This document shows positions 18,283-27,757 of a stretch of 64,000 nt of DNA, in pieces. The notes under the pieces are model-generated. The model did no database searches and was not told the origin of the DNA. It worked only from the letters and a program-made list of their open reading frames with translations. The DNA lies in NCBI GenBank assembly GCA_002433895.1, contig DJJA01000003.1, forward strand, positions 9,950 to 73,949, in the 5' to 3' direction. Both the position numbers and the translations under genes were made by a program. This DNA is from Candidatus Gottesmanbacteria bacterium UBA6580 (GTDB lineage Bacteria > Patescibacteriota > Microgenomatia > UBA10105 > UBA927). Each line of letters opens with the position of its first letter. Positions within the stretch are counted from its first letter, which is position 1.

Positions 18283-19638
18283 TCATATTTCCAGCATGAG
18301 CTGCTCACGGCTTTTATCGGCAATCCCCTCTTCTCCGGCTCCCCAGATTTTTACCACACCAAACACGCCATCATACCCGGGATCGATGGTGAGCTTTCCT
18401 TTACGGACCAGATCGATCCCGGTCGCAATTTTTTCACCCGCCACCCGCGCGATATCATGAATCTCGGCGCGGAGAAGTACCGAAAATTCACTCCCTACCT
18501 CATCAGTAAGTCGACTGTAAGGTGTCTGCACTTTGGGACTAGTAACCGGAGAACCGATAGATTCCGCAATGATTTCCATAAGCGGCACCATCATCATAAA
18601 CGGTGGTCTATCCGGAAAAACCGCGCTTCCGAACAAGGGCGTCTTGATCGACGGATCGCTCGGCTTCACCTCGGCAAGTTTTACCGCATCTTCTGTTCTT
18701 CCAGCTAAATCATCGACCCGGTGCATCACTCCTACGGTAAGTGGCTTGCCGCATACCGGACAGGTTGCGCCTTTTTCACGGGTTTCTTCCGGCGTCTGCC
18801 GCACTTTGCAGGTGCGGTGGCCGGTGTAGTGATACTTCCCTTCCTCCGGATAAAACTCAATAGTATACGCGATAGTACTTTTACCTGATTGTTTGCCTTC
18901 CGGCACGCGTAGCGCTTCGTAAATTGCGTTGTAGCTTAATTGCCCTTCGGGTATTTCAAATACAGTCGCTTCCCGGCCGAGTTTTGCACCTGAATGTGCA
19001 TCGGAAAACGATACAATTGACCGCAGATCGAGCTCGGGGATGCGCCAATTCATTACGGGATTACTCGATAAACCTGTTTCTATGGCGTAAATATATTGTG
19101 CGTATGGACCGAATGCTTCCTCAATACTGTCAAAGCCGCCTAAACTCCCATACACACTAAACCATGGCGTCCACGCGTGCGCCGGAATAATGAGCGCCTT
19201 GGGCTCAATAGTAAAAACAAGCTCAGCAATCTGTACACTCGTAAGTCCGACAATCGGCCGGCCGTCACTCAGGAGGTTACATCCCCGCCTGGTCATCTCC
19301 AGACTAATCTTTCGGGCAGTATCAATGCTCGGTACCCAAATTAACGTGTGCACACGCCGCACTCTCCCCCCTTGTGAGTAAATACACGACACTTCCGTGG
19401 CAAGTAAAAAAAGCGGTGCGCCGGTATTATCACCCTTTAACCGTAATAACCCGTTACCGGTTTCTTCTAAATCACGTTCTATCTCACGAAACCATTGAGG
19501 ATGTGTCCAGTCGCCTGTGGCGACAAGTCCAATACCTTTCCTTTTTGCCCACAGCGCGATATTTGGAATAGTCATTGCCGGGGAAACTGCACGGGAAAAC
19601 CGTGAGTGCAGCTGTAAATCAGCAATAATCTCGGCCAT
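18283..19638 (-). CDS. Endonuclease Q-like PHP-domain nuclease with C-terminal zinc ribbon
   Basis: 451 aa; collinear with archaeal EndoQ: DLQLHSRFSRAVS, GTGD, PAHAWTPW, SDAHS..LGRE, GKYHYTGH, CPVCG zinc finger, RPPFMMMVPLMEIIA, EFGSE, DPGYDGVFGVVKI. Confidence 0.7.
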   Translation of the reverse strand: MAEIIADLQLHSRFSRAVSPAMTIPNIALWAKRKGIGLVATGDWTHPQWFREIERDLEETGNGLLRLKGDNTGAPLFLLATEVSCIYSQGGRVRRVHTLIWVPSIDTARKISLEMTRRGCNLLSDGRPIVGLTSVQIAELVFTIEPKALIIPAHAWTPWFSVYGSLGGFDSIEEAFGPYAQYIYAIETGLSSNPVMNWRIPELDLRSIVSFSDAHSGAKLGREATVFEIPEGQLSYNAIYEALRVPEGKQSGKSTIAYTIEFYPEEGKYHYTGHRTCKVRQTPEETREKGATCPVCGKPLTVGVMHRVDDLAGRTEDAVKLAEVKPSDPSIKTPLFGSAVFPDRPPFMMMVPLMEIIAESIGSPVTSPKVQTPYSRLTDEVGSEFSVLLRAEIHDIARVAGEKIATGIDLVRKGKLTIDPGYDGVFGVVKIWGAGEEGIADKSREQLMLEI

Positions 19639-19642
19639 ATAC

Positions 19643-20797
19643 TTATGTTATTACTTGTCCGTAAAGTGCCTCAAGTTTTGCGAGCACCAGTGGTTTATGG
19701 TGTGCAAGTCCGATAATCCTGCTGCGCTGCCCCATCTTTTTCCGGAGCGCAGGTGAGGTGGCAAGCTGGTCGAGACACTGAGCGAGGGTTCTATCGTCAT
19801 TCGTATCAACGAGAAATCCGTTTGTACCATCCACCAACTCTGGAAGCGCTCCTGCATTTGCGGCAATCAATGGTAGTCCGCACGAAATCGCCTGAAGGGC
19901 GACAATGCTCTGTGTTTCAACTGGCGACATGATAACAAAGCCGTCAGCAAGTTGATATAAATCTATTATCGTCTGTTTTTGCACTTCACCAACCCATGTA
20001 ATATTTTTAATACCTAACTCCCGTGCTAAGCCCAATAACCGCTCCTTCTGCTTGCCTACTCCGGCGATCACCACATGTATTCGGCTTTTTACTTGTGGCA
20101 TCGCACGAAGAATAGTGTCAATATTTTTGTCGGCATCCAACCGGCCTATATACAGGAAAATAGGCGCATCTTTTGGTAACGCGTATGCCGTCCGAAGTGG
20201 CGAAAGCTGTCTCGTCCTGGGCATATACACATTTGTATCCACACCGTTAGATATCGGGTGGATCCGTGAGGCGTTTCCGATAATTGTAGCAAGATCGCGT
20301 TTTGCCGTTTCTGTGGGCACCATGATCGCTGCAAAACCCGCGTAAATAACACGGACATACAGCTTTATAAATGGCACGCTAATCCATCTGAGCAACGGAG
20401 GCGCGACTTTCTCAACTTGTATCCAAGAAAAATGCTGCGCGCCGACAACCGGCACCCGGAACAGCTTCGCAAGAAAAAGCGCAGTAACCCCTAACGAGCC
20501 AGGCTCCTGTACGTGCATGACATCAACGTTTCCACTCCGTACTATATGCCACAATTTGCCAAACCCCAGAGGAAAAGGCGTCATTGATTTATTAACAAAT
20601 AATGCGTCACTTACCCCCGGAGTGTATACGATAGTTAACCCGGGTACGTCAGGCATAACAAAAGGAACAAGCGGGCGCGGGCACACAAGTGTCACCTGAT
20701 GACCCTGGGAAGCCATAAACCGGGCAATAGAGTCAGTAGATGTTGCTACCCCGCTCACTGTCGGAAGATACACGTCAGATACCAGTAATATGTTCAT
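19643..20797 (-). CDS. Glycosyltransferase family 4
   Basis: 384 aa; GT-B N-terminus MNILLVSDVYLPTVSGV and C-terminal EGFG-like sugar-donor domain. Confidence 0.75.
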   Translation of the reverse strand: MNILLVSDVYLPTVSGVATSTDSIARFMASQGHQVTLVCPRPLVPFVMPDVPGLTIVYTPGVSDALFVNKSMTPFPLGFGKLWHIVRSGNVDVMHVQEPGSLGVTALFLAKLFRVPVVGAQHFSWIQVEKVAPPLLRWISVPFIKLYVRVIYAGFAAIMVPTETAKRDLATIIGNASRIHPISNGVDTNVYMPRTRQLSPLRTAYALPKDAPIFLYIGRLDADKNIDTILRAMPQVKSRIHVVIAGVGKQKERLLGLARELGIKNITWVGEVQKQTIIDLYQLADGFVIMSPVETQSIVALQAISCGLPLIAANAGALPELVDGTNGFLVDTNDDRTLAQCLDQLATSPALRKKMGQRSRIIGLAHHKPLVLAKLEALYGQVIT

Positions 20798-20856
20798 GTC
20801 GCCTATCAGTATAACATCGTGTCACACGTCATTGATGAAATGCATAACACTGCAGT

Positions 20857-21102
20857 TTATCTCTCCTTATCGTAAAACCAAAGACTTCCGAAGAGTAACA
20901 CGAGTACTACCCATAATCCCCCCTCAATTACATACGAAAAATTCCTGCTTGAGAGGTACCGAATATCCATTATGGATGACATGGTCAACACTCCCCACTC
21001 TCCCGAGCGCACAGCGTGGCCCGCAATAATGATGAGATGGATAGATGCAAAAATAACCAGAGCCTTCAATAACACGCGCACAAACTTTCTGAAAAATGAC
21101 AT
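20857..21102 (-). CDS. Small membrane protein (DUF2304-like, GT2-associated)
   Basis: 81 aa, two TM helices, directly downstream of a GT2 gene. Confidence 0.35.
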   Translation of the reverse strand: MSFFRKFVRVLLKALVIFASIHLIIIAGHAVRSGEWGVLTMSSIMDIRYLSSRNFSYVIEGGLWVVLVLLFGSLWFYDKER

Positions 21103-21103
21103 A

Positions 21104-21922
21104 TTAATCGAAGATGTCCTTCATGAGCTCCTTAAGCTTCCGCTCATATGACTTCAGCACTGACCGCTGGATGCGCTTCTTTGACGAATATAAATGACCG
21201 CCCATCGTGTAACCGGGCATATGTTTCAAGGGCTTTTTAAATATCAAAACAGGCAACATCGACAAAATGTATTGATTCATCACCTTCATTTTGCCTTCAC
21301 GACGGATCCGCCGCATAGACCAGACATAAAGCGATTCCCGGAATACTGAAAACTGGTACCCGTGCGCCTGCAATCGGAGCCCTAAATCAACATCTTCGTT
21401 ATAATCATGTGCTTCGTCATATCCGCCGACTGACCGGAAAGCTTGTGCATCAACCACAGTAAGAGGACCGGGCGCCGCTGGCCGGTTGATCAATACCGTG
21501 CTTTCCCAATATATATTCGTGAGGAGCGTAAATATACTATCATGCGTAAGTTCAGAATCAGGCAGAGCCCATGTCGTAAAAAACACCGGATGTTTTTCAC
21601 GTATGTAAAATATAATACGCTCGATAAAATACGGATGAAGAACACTATCGGCGTCAATAAAAACAAACCATTCCCCTTTTGCCGATGCCGCACCTAAATT
21701 CCTCTGTAAAGGCAAACTGCCTTTTGCACTACTTACCAGCGTTAACGGGAGTCTTTTTTTATACGCTAACACCACCTCTTTCGTTTTATCTTTCGATGGG
21801 CCATCGACCACAATAACCTCAAAATCCTTCACCGTTTGCGCTGCTATGGAGTCAAGTAACTTGGGGATGAATTTTTCCTCATTTAATGTCGGTATGATAA
21901 TCGAAAAGAACGGGCGCTTCAT
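21104..21922 (-). CDS. Glycosyltransferase family 2
   Basis: 272 aa; FSIIIPTLNEE...DFEVIVVDGPSKD GT-A signature and the DAD motif. Confidence 0.8.
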   Translation of the reverse strand: MKRPFFSIIIPTLNEEKFIPKLLDSIAAQTVKDFEVIVVDGPSKDKTKEVVLAYKKRLPLTLVSSAKGSLPLQRNLGAASAKGEWFVFIDADSVLHPYFIERIIFYIREKHPVFFTTWALPDSELTHDSIFTLLTNIYWESTVLINRPAAPGPLTVVDAQAFRSVGGYDEAHDYNEDVDLGLRLQAHGYQFSVFRESLYVWSMRRIRREGKMKVMNQYILSMLPVLIFKKPLKHMPGYTMGGHLYSSKKRIQRSVLKSYERKLKELMKDIFD

Positions 21923-21995
21923 AAGTCAGATAACTTCCCGTATATTATACCGTAGAATACAGATGCGGAGCAAACCTACGGGCACACCGGCAACA

Positions 21996-23711
21996 TCACT
22001 TCTTCGTGCGGTTCTTCTGGTTCGTAAACATACCGGTAAGCTCGGCAACGGTGGTTACCTGTTCGGGCCGCTTATCGGACCGTATCCTAACAAGCCGCGG
22101 AAACCGTACAGCATACCCCGCTCCGTGGGAAGGTGACTTCGTCAGATCATCCCCGGCGAGTTCAACAACAACCCGCGGACTTACCCACACATCAGGCGTA
22201 AATATTTTATTTACCTCATGGTATTCCTTGGGCTGTTCACGGGTATTTATCGCGTGGAGCTTGGTGCGCAGCGCTTTCCAGAGTTCGTCGCTCACGCCGG
22301 TACCAATTTTTGTCACGGTCACATAGACATCTCCCTTTTTTACTCCTACTAAAAACGCACCAATTCCAAAACCTGTCCGCTTCCCTTCCCCCAGGTAATA
22401 CCCCATAACGACCGCGTCGATCGTGTCAGTAAGCTTCCCTGTTTTTCCCTCTTCCTCCTTAAACTTCACCCAGGAGTATCCCCGGCGTCCCGGCTCATAT
22501 GGGCTATTCCACTTTTTTACCATCGCCCCTTCTAAACCCGCCTTTAATTGTGTGTCATGATAGGACCGCACTACATTCGCGTCGTGAGTCACAATTTGCG
22601 GGGAAATTGCGAGCAATACGCCAGGTTTAACCGTATTCTCAAGTATTTTGCGCCGCTCGGAAAGAGGAATACTTAACAAGTCTTTTCCATCCTTATATAG
22701 GATATCGAACACAAAAAATTTAAGCGGCACACTTTTACTTGCCTCAGCAATATTATGCTTTCTTTTCCGTGTCGTCGTTTCCTGGAACGATATGGTCTTC
22801 CCGGTTTTGGGATCCAACCCGACTGCCTCACCGTCCAGAATAACGTCGTCTGCCCGAAGTTCGCTACCCACGTTGGATAACTCCGGAAACATCTCAGTTG
22901 TGTTTTCCAGATTTCTTGAAAACGTCCGCACCCAGGCTCCCCGTTTAAAATGAAGCTCCACCCGTACACCGTCATATTTCGGCTCCACTGCCACTTCTCC
23001 CATTTTTTTAATCATGTCATCTGCATTGGGGAGCCGCTGCGATAGCTGCGCCAACACTGGTGAGCCAACGTGTGCCCGCACATGACGCAAACCTTTTATC
23101 CCTTCGCGTTTCACGGTTTCTGATATGTAACCTATATCCGGCCGCACGTTATACGCGTCTTCCAGTGTCGGCCGGAGCGTTTTATCTCCTGCCAGCATCC
23201 ACGACAATGCGTCAAGCATGGTCGTTTCAGAAAAACCTAACCGGAGTTTATCAATGGGTATGCGTACGACATAACACGCGGATTCCTTATCTAATTTCTT
23301 GAGCAACTCAGATAGTAGTCCAATTTTTTTCTCTTGTGATCCCTGACCATTTACCGATGCGATACGGTATAGCGCTTCATAGACATCCGCGACATGCAGA
23401 CCTTTGGAAGCACCGTTATAGAGCGATTGCGCCGCATGCCCCAAATCTCCGAGCTTTTTAAACTCCTTCATTACCTGTTCTGAGGAAACCCCGTAGGCAA
23501 GGGCAATCGCACGGATAATAAACTTATCAGCTACCCCAAACTCAACCGCTTCATACAGGGGCACCACCCTCCCCTGCAGTAGATAACTCAATTTGCCAAT
23601 CTCGTCTGCGCTTGCGTGTGTAAATAGATCCGCAAGTATTTCGGTAATTTCATTACGGGACCTCGTTTTCTCGAGTTTACCGAGATATGAAGCAAGTTGG
23701 GAAAACAACAT
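21996..23711 (-). CDS. ATP-dependent DNA ligase
   Basis: 571 aa; adenylation motif I KYDGVRV (KxDG) plus downstream nucleotidyltransferase/OB motifs. Confidence 0.85.
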   Translation of the reverse strand: MLFSQLASYLGKLEKTRSRNEITEILADLFTHASADEIGKLSYLLQGRVVPLYEAVEFGVADKFIIRAIALAYGVSSEQVMKEFKKLGDLGHAAQSLYNGASKGLHVADVYEALYRIASVNGQGSQEKKIGLLSELLKKLDKESACYVVRIPIDKLRLGFSETTMLDALSWMLAGDKTLRPTLEDAYNVRPDIGYISETVKREGIKGLRHVRAHVGSPVLAQLSQRLPNADDMIKKMGEVAVEPKYDGVRVELHFKRGAWVRTFSRNLENTTEMFPELSNVGSELRADDVILDGEAVGLDPKTGKTISFQETTTRKRKHNIAEASKSVPLKFFVFDILYKDGKDLLSIPLSERRKILENTVKPGVLLAISPQIVTHDANVVRSYHDTQLKAGLEGAMVKKWNSPYEPGRRGYSWVKFKEEEGKTGKLTDTIDAVVMGYYLGEGKRTGFGIGAFLVGVKKGDVYVTVTKIGTGVSDELWKALRTKLHAINTREQPKEYHEVNKIFTPDVWVSPRVVVELAGDDLTKSPSHGAGYAVRFPRLVRIRSDKRPEQVTTVAELTGMFTNQKNRTKK

Positions 23712-23731
23712 AACGATATCTTTGTCTCCGG

Positions 23732-23917
23732 TCAGCGAATGAACAGAAAATACGCTGCCGCGATAAGAATGAGCAGAAACACGCCAACACCCACCGCCAC
23801 CGGTCCGTCTACTTCTTCTTTGACTATCTTACTAATTCCCTGAAAAATAACCGTGAGCGCAAAAAAGGTAGGAATAATAAGCAACGCGTATGTGATGGCA
23901 GGGCTCGATAGATCCAT
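23732..23917 (-). CDS. Hypothetical small membrane protein
   Basis: 61 aa, two hydrophobic helices; low certainty that it is expressed. Confidence 0.25.
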   Translation of the reverse strand: MDLSSPAITYALLIIPTFFALTVIFQGISKIVKEEVDGPVAVGVGVFLLILIAAAYFLFIR

Positions 23918-23930
23918 AGTTTCAAACGCA

Positions 23931-24974
23931 TTACGTGCGCAACACGTATTTCGCGCCTTTCGTAGATCCTTCTTTTTTGACTATACCCTTTTTTAACAAG
24001 TCCTTCAATTCACGAAGCACCGTATCTTCAGAAACCTGCGGGAACAACTCAAAAAATGCCTTATTCTGCAAAAATCCCTGCTCCTGAACGAATTCAATAA
24101 TCTTGATCTGCCGCTCAGTGAGCGCTAGCTGCTGCCCGCCAAGCGATTTTTTGATCTTAAGATCCGTCGAAAGAGATTTCACTTTATCTTTAATGCGGGT
24201 AAGCTCAATTGCCAGTCCTTCACCAAAATACTCGAGCCATGCGTTCAGATTTCCCTGTGCCTGGCCTACGCTTTGTAGCGCGATGTAATAATGAAGAGGT
24301 TCACGGTCATAGTGCTCTTCCAACGAAAAAAACCGTTTGATATCGTAACCTTCACAAAAAAGGACAAGTGTCGCGATGGCGCGGGCCACCCTCCCGTTCC
24401 CATCAAGGAACGGATGTATCCTCACTAATTCATAGTGCACTACCCCCGCCTTCAGTGCCGGATGGATATCATCACCTCCCACGCTGTTAACCCACTCGAC
24501 AAAATCGGAAATCAAAAACGGTACCTCTACGGCAGGAGGCGGACGGAATGTAATTTCTCCGGTTTGCGCGTTTTTCACCACGACCTGTGTCTTACGATAT
24601 TCGCCAACCTGTTCGTCAGGGAGGATGCGGTGAGCGACAAGCGCGTGTACATGTTTAATAACCTCTTCTGTAATATTCTTGCCCTGGAAGTCACCGATGA
24701 ATTTTAGAACGTTCCGGTAATTTAGCACTTCCTGGATATCCCGCTCCCTCCCGACAATCGTATGCCCTGCGAGTACTTTTTCCGCTTCGTTTTTCGTTAA
24801 ATCATTGCCTTCTATGTGGGTACCGTGATGCACCGTGCGCACCAGCGCTTCTTCGCGGAACTTTGCTTCCCAGGCGGGTACCAATGGGCTGTTTTCAATA
24901 ACTTCTTTGGCCGCCTCAATGATACCGATGGTTTTAAGTACTTTGTTGGTGATCGTAAACTGAGGCTGATACAT
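23931..24974 (-). CDS. Fic-family protein (AMPylation/phosphocholination fold) with C-terminal wHTH
   Basis: 347 aa; Fic motif HPFLDGNGRVARA. Confidence 0.8.
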   Translation of the reverse strand: MYQPQFTITNKVLKTIGIIEAAKEVIENSPLVPAWEAKFREEALVRTVHHGTHIEGNDLTKNEAEKVLAGHTIVGRERDIQEVLNYRNVLKFIGDFQGKNITEEVIKHVHALVAHRILPDEQVGEYRKTQVVVKNAQTGEITFRPPPAVEVPFLISDFVEWVNSVGGDDIHPALKAGVVHYELVRIHPFLDGNGRVARAIATLVLFCEGYDIKRFFSLEEHYDREPLHYYIALQSVGQAQGNLNAWLEYFGEGLAIELTRIKDKVKSLSTDLKIKKSLGGQQLALTERQIKIIEFVQEQGFLQNKAFFELFPQVSEDTVLRELKDLLKKGIVKKEGSTKGAKYVLRT

Positions 24975-25019
24975 AGTTAATCCTGCTCCGCCGGCTGGCG
25001 GATGGCGAAATTTCCCGCA

Positions 25020-25907
25020 CTATTCCTGTATATTAACCGCATCATCCGGCAGAAGCAATACCCTCATTGTTTTTGGGATCTCCTGCGCGAGGTCAGAGGC
25101 ATTAAAAAACGGCCCGACAGAGCGATACAACGCGTCACCCGCAGCTTTGTTAATAAAACTACCGGCAATAGTTGCGAGCATGGGGTCATTCGTACAGGCT
25201 AATGCCGCAATAAGACCGGCGAGCACATCACCGGTTCCTCCTTTTGTCATTCCTTCGTTGCCTCCGGCAATCAGCCGTGTTTCGCCAGGGGCACATACCC
25301 GTTCATCGCACTTCCCGCCTGAGCAGGCAATGTCGGTTTGTCCTTTTAGGAGCACGATACAATGATACGTCTTTGCAAATAGCTTCACTTTGTCTTCGTC
25401 GGTGTGAGCCTGGCTAAATTCGGGGTGCCCGGCACGTGCCCTATCCCATAACCTCGTAAATTCCTGATGGTGTGGTGTTAAAATAGCATTGTTGGGGATA
25501 TCGGATAACTCCATCATCTGCAGCGCGCCAGCATCGATCACCCATTGCTTCGTAGGGAACGAAACTAACAGGTTGTGGGTAAGCATACGGGTTTCTTCAT
25601 CGCGCACCATACCCGGCCCGATTAACACACAGTCATCCTCCTCTATGTAGGCGCCGACATCTTCCCGCGCTATCACTATCCCATCATGGAATTCTTTTTT
25701 TATTTCTTTTACGATATCGTTATTTTCAGGCACCGAGGAATAGTGAACGAGGTCCACAATACGTGACGCCACCTCCAGCGCCCATATACTGGCCGCATGA
25801 AACAAGTGGCTTCCTCCGACGATAAGCAGCCTGCCGTTTTGCCCTTTATGTGAATTTGGTTCCGCCAAACGGAGCATTTGGATGTCTTGGATGGTTACTT
25901 CCTTCAT
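25020..25907 (-). CDS. nnrD: ADP-dependent NAD(P)H-hydrate dehydratase (YjeF C-terminal domain)
   Basis: ORF 25020..25937; SHKGQNGRLLIVGGS and GGNEGMTKGGTGDVLAG signature regions. Confidence 0.7.
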   Translation of the reverse strand: MKEVTIQDIQMLRLAEPNSHKGQNGRLLIVGGSHLFHAASIWALEVASRIVDLVHYSSVPENNDIVKEIKKEFHDGIVIAREDVGAYIEEDDCVLIGPGMVRDEETRMLTHNLLVSFPTKQWVIDAGALQMMELSDIPNNAILTPHHQEFTRLWDRARAGHPEFSQAHTDEDKVKLFAKTYHCIVLLKGQTDIACSGGKCDERVCAPGETRLIAGGNEGMTKGGTGDVLAGLIAALACTNDPMLATIAGSFINKAAGDALYRSVGPFFNASDLAQEIPKTMRVLLLPDDAVNIQE

Positions 25908-25914
25908 ACCCGTA

Positions 25915-26973
25915 TTATAAACGAAGCACGGTAGCATTATTGGTGATACGTGTAGGCACGCTCGACATATCAGCGCTCGTGATAATCGTTTGTTGCTTAT
26001 CTGTCACCTCACCGACAAGAATCCTATGAGCCTCATCAAGCTCTGAAAAGATATCATCCAAAAGCAGCAGTGGCCGCTCCCCCGTTTCCTGCTCTATGTA
26101 TAACAGCTCTGCAAGCTTAAGCCAAAGCACCGCGAGGCGCTGCTCGCCACGGCTACCGAACTTATTAAGATCTCGAAACGTATGTGACCCCGAAGAAGCC
26201 CCATGCTCCTGGCTCGACAGGGTAAAATCATCCCTATGCGGGCCGACCAATGTTGATTTTGCCGCCACCTCTTCATCCTTATACTGCAATATCCGCGCCT
26301 CCGAAATAATACTTTTGTCATACGTTATGGTGTAGCGGTGATCGGAAAGGACGGTGGCATTCACAAATTCGATATACGCCGCCCTTTTTTCAGTAATATA
26401 CCCTCCGGCTTTAATCAGCAGCTGATCCCAAAATAACAGCTGGCTCCGGGTGGCAGCACCCTCTTTAATAAGGTCAAGAAGTTTATTTCGTTGCCGTAGC
26501 CCACGCTCATAGGATATGAGGTTCCTTCGGTACTCACGGTCGGTCTGTACCAATACCATATCCAGATATTTCCTCCGGATACTGGGACTGTCGGTCACGA
26601 TTTCAAGATCTTCCGGCCAAAAAAGGACAACCCGCACATGCCCCATGAAATCGATGAAACGCCGCGGAACACCGTTTACCATATACTTCTTGAGTGGCGA
26701 CCGCTGGCCGGAAACTTCACCAGGCGTAAGTATTACTTCCAACCTGGTACTACCGGCTTCCGCTTCAATGCGCGTAATTTCCTCACCCCAGTAAATAACG
26801 TCACGGTCCTGTCCCGCGCGGAAACTTTTTCCGGTCGCGAGCATTACGATGGCCTCCAATACGTTTGTTTTTCCTGCGGCATTGGGCCCTACTATACAGG
26901 TTGCGCCGTCTGAAAAATGCCAGGATTTATTTTTGTAACTGCGGAAATTTGAAAGCACCAACGAAGTCAGCAT
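25915..26973 (-). CDS. recF: DNA replication and repair protein RecF
   Basis: ORF 25915..27015; Walker A GPNAAGKTN, SMC-like signature, LLLDDIFSELD Walker B. Confidence 0.85.
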   Translation of the reverse strand: MLTSLVLSNFRSYKNKSWHFSDGATCIVGPNAAGKTNVLEAIVMLATGKSFRAGQDRDVIYWGEEITRIEAEAGSTRLEVILTPGEVSGQRSPLKKYMVNGVPRRFIDFMGHVRVVLFWPEDLEIVTDSPSIRRKYLDMVLVQTDREYRRNLISYERGLRQRNKLLDLIKEGAATRSQLLFWDQLLIKAGGYITEKRAAYIEFVNATVLSDHRYTITYDKSIISEARILQYKDEEVAAKSTLVGPHRDDFTLSSQEHGASSGSHTFRDLNKFGSRGEQRLAVLWLKLAELLYIEQETGERPLLLLDDIFSELDEAHRILVGEVTDKQQTIITSADMSSVPTRITNNATVLRL

Positions 26974-26980
26974 CATGAGG

Positions 26981-27688
26981 TTAGGTGATGGTTGTACCAG
27001 TAAATGGTTTACCATCGAGCGCCAATTCGAGATTTAATAAGTCCTTTCCGTTTACTATCTTTACCGTCACTCCCAAGTCCTGCGCGAGCTTACTGGCGAT
27101 CGGATCAAACGGCGCGTTCATTCCCGGTTTCCATACATCTCCCACCATCTTACGGTAGTCCTCCCATGAAATATTTGTTATCGGCTTTGCGTCAGTATGC
27201 TTATTTGGGTCTTTATCATATACCTGATCGACATTCGTCATATTCACAACCTGGGTAAGTCCGTAATCCTGACACACCGTCACCGCACAGTAATCAGTGC
27301 TCCATCCCGGTTTCCAACCCGCAGCAATGGCGACCGGTGACTGGATTTTTAAAATTATTTCGTAATGCTTGATCACGCGGGGATCAGCGAGGTCCTGAAA
27401 TATCGCCCGTATAAGCTGTGCGTTCAGGCGTGTGGCGTGCACACCCAGCCAATCGGCATCAGTATCGCTCAGGTCATGTCCGCGCACTTCCCGTGCTGCT
27501 TTTTGATAATCACGGGTTATTGCTCCCCCCCCTACAGTTATAAAAAATCTCCGCTTTTTTTCGGAGACCTGTTTTCTTATAAATTCGTGAAATTGGGAAA
27601 GAAAGGTGGTGTCAATACCACCGTTTGGAACGATTAGTGAACCACCTAAAGAAAGTACGAAGACGTCGGTTCCTTGTGCCATCACCAT
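26981..27688 (-). CDS. pyrH: UMP kinase-like amino-acid-kinase-family protein (archaeal-type PyrH)
   Basis: 235 aa; VLSLGGSLI N-terminal motif and ITVGGGAITRDY. Confidence 0.6.
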   Translation of the reverse strand: MVMAQGTDVFVLSLGGSLIVPNGGIDTTFLSQFHEFIRKQVSEKKRRFFITVGGGAITRDYQKAAREVRGHDLSDTDADWLGVHATRLNAQLIRAIFQDLADPRVIKHYEIILKIQSPVAIAAGWKPGWSTDYCAVTVCQDYGLTQVVNMTNVDQVYDKDPNKHTDAKPITNISWEDYRKMVGDVWKPGMNAPFDPIASKLAQDLGVTVKIVNGKDLLNLELALDGKPFTGTTIT

Positions 27689-27757
27689 TTTCTCCTTATA
27701 AAATATGTCCTGCGATGGTTTTTATCCTAACACACCACGGGAAAATCTCAAAACAGT

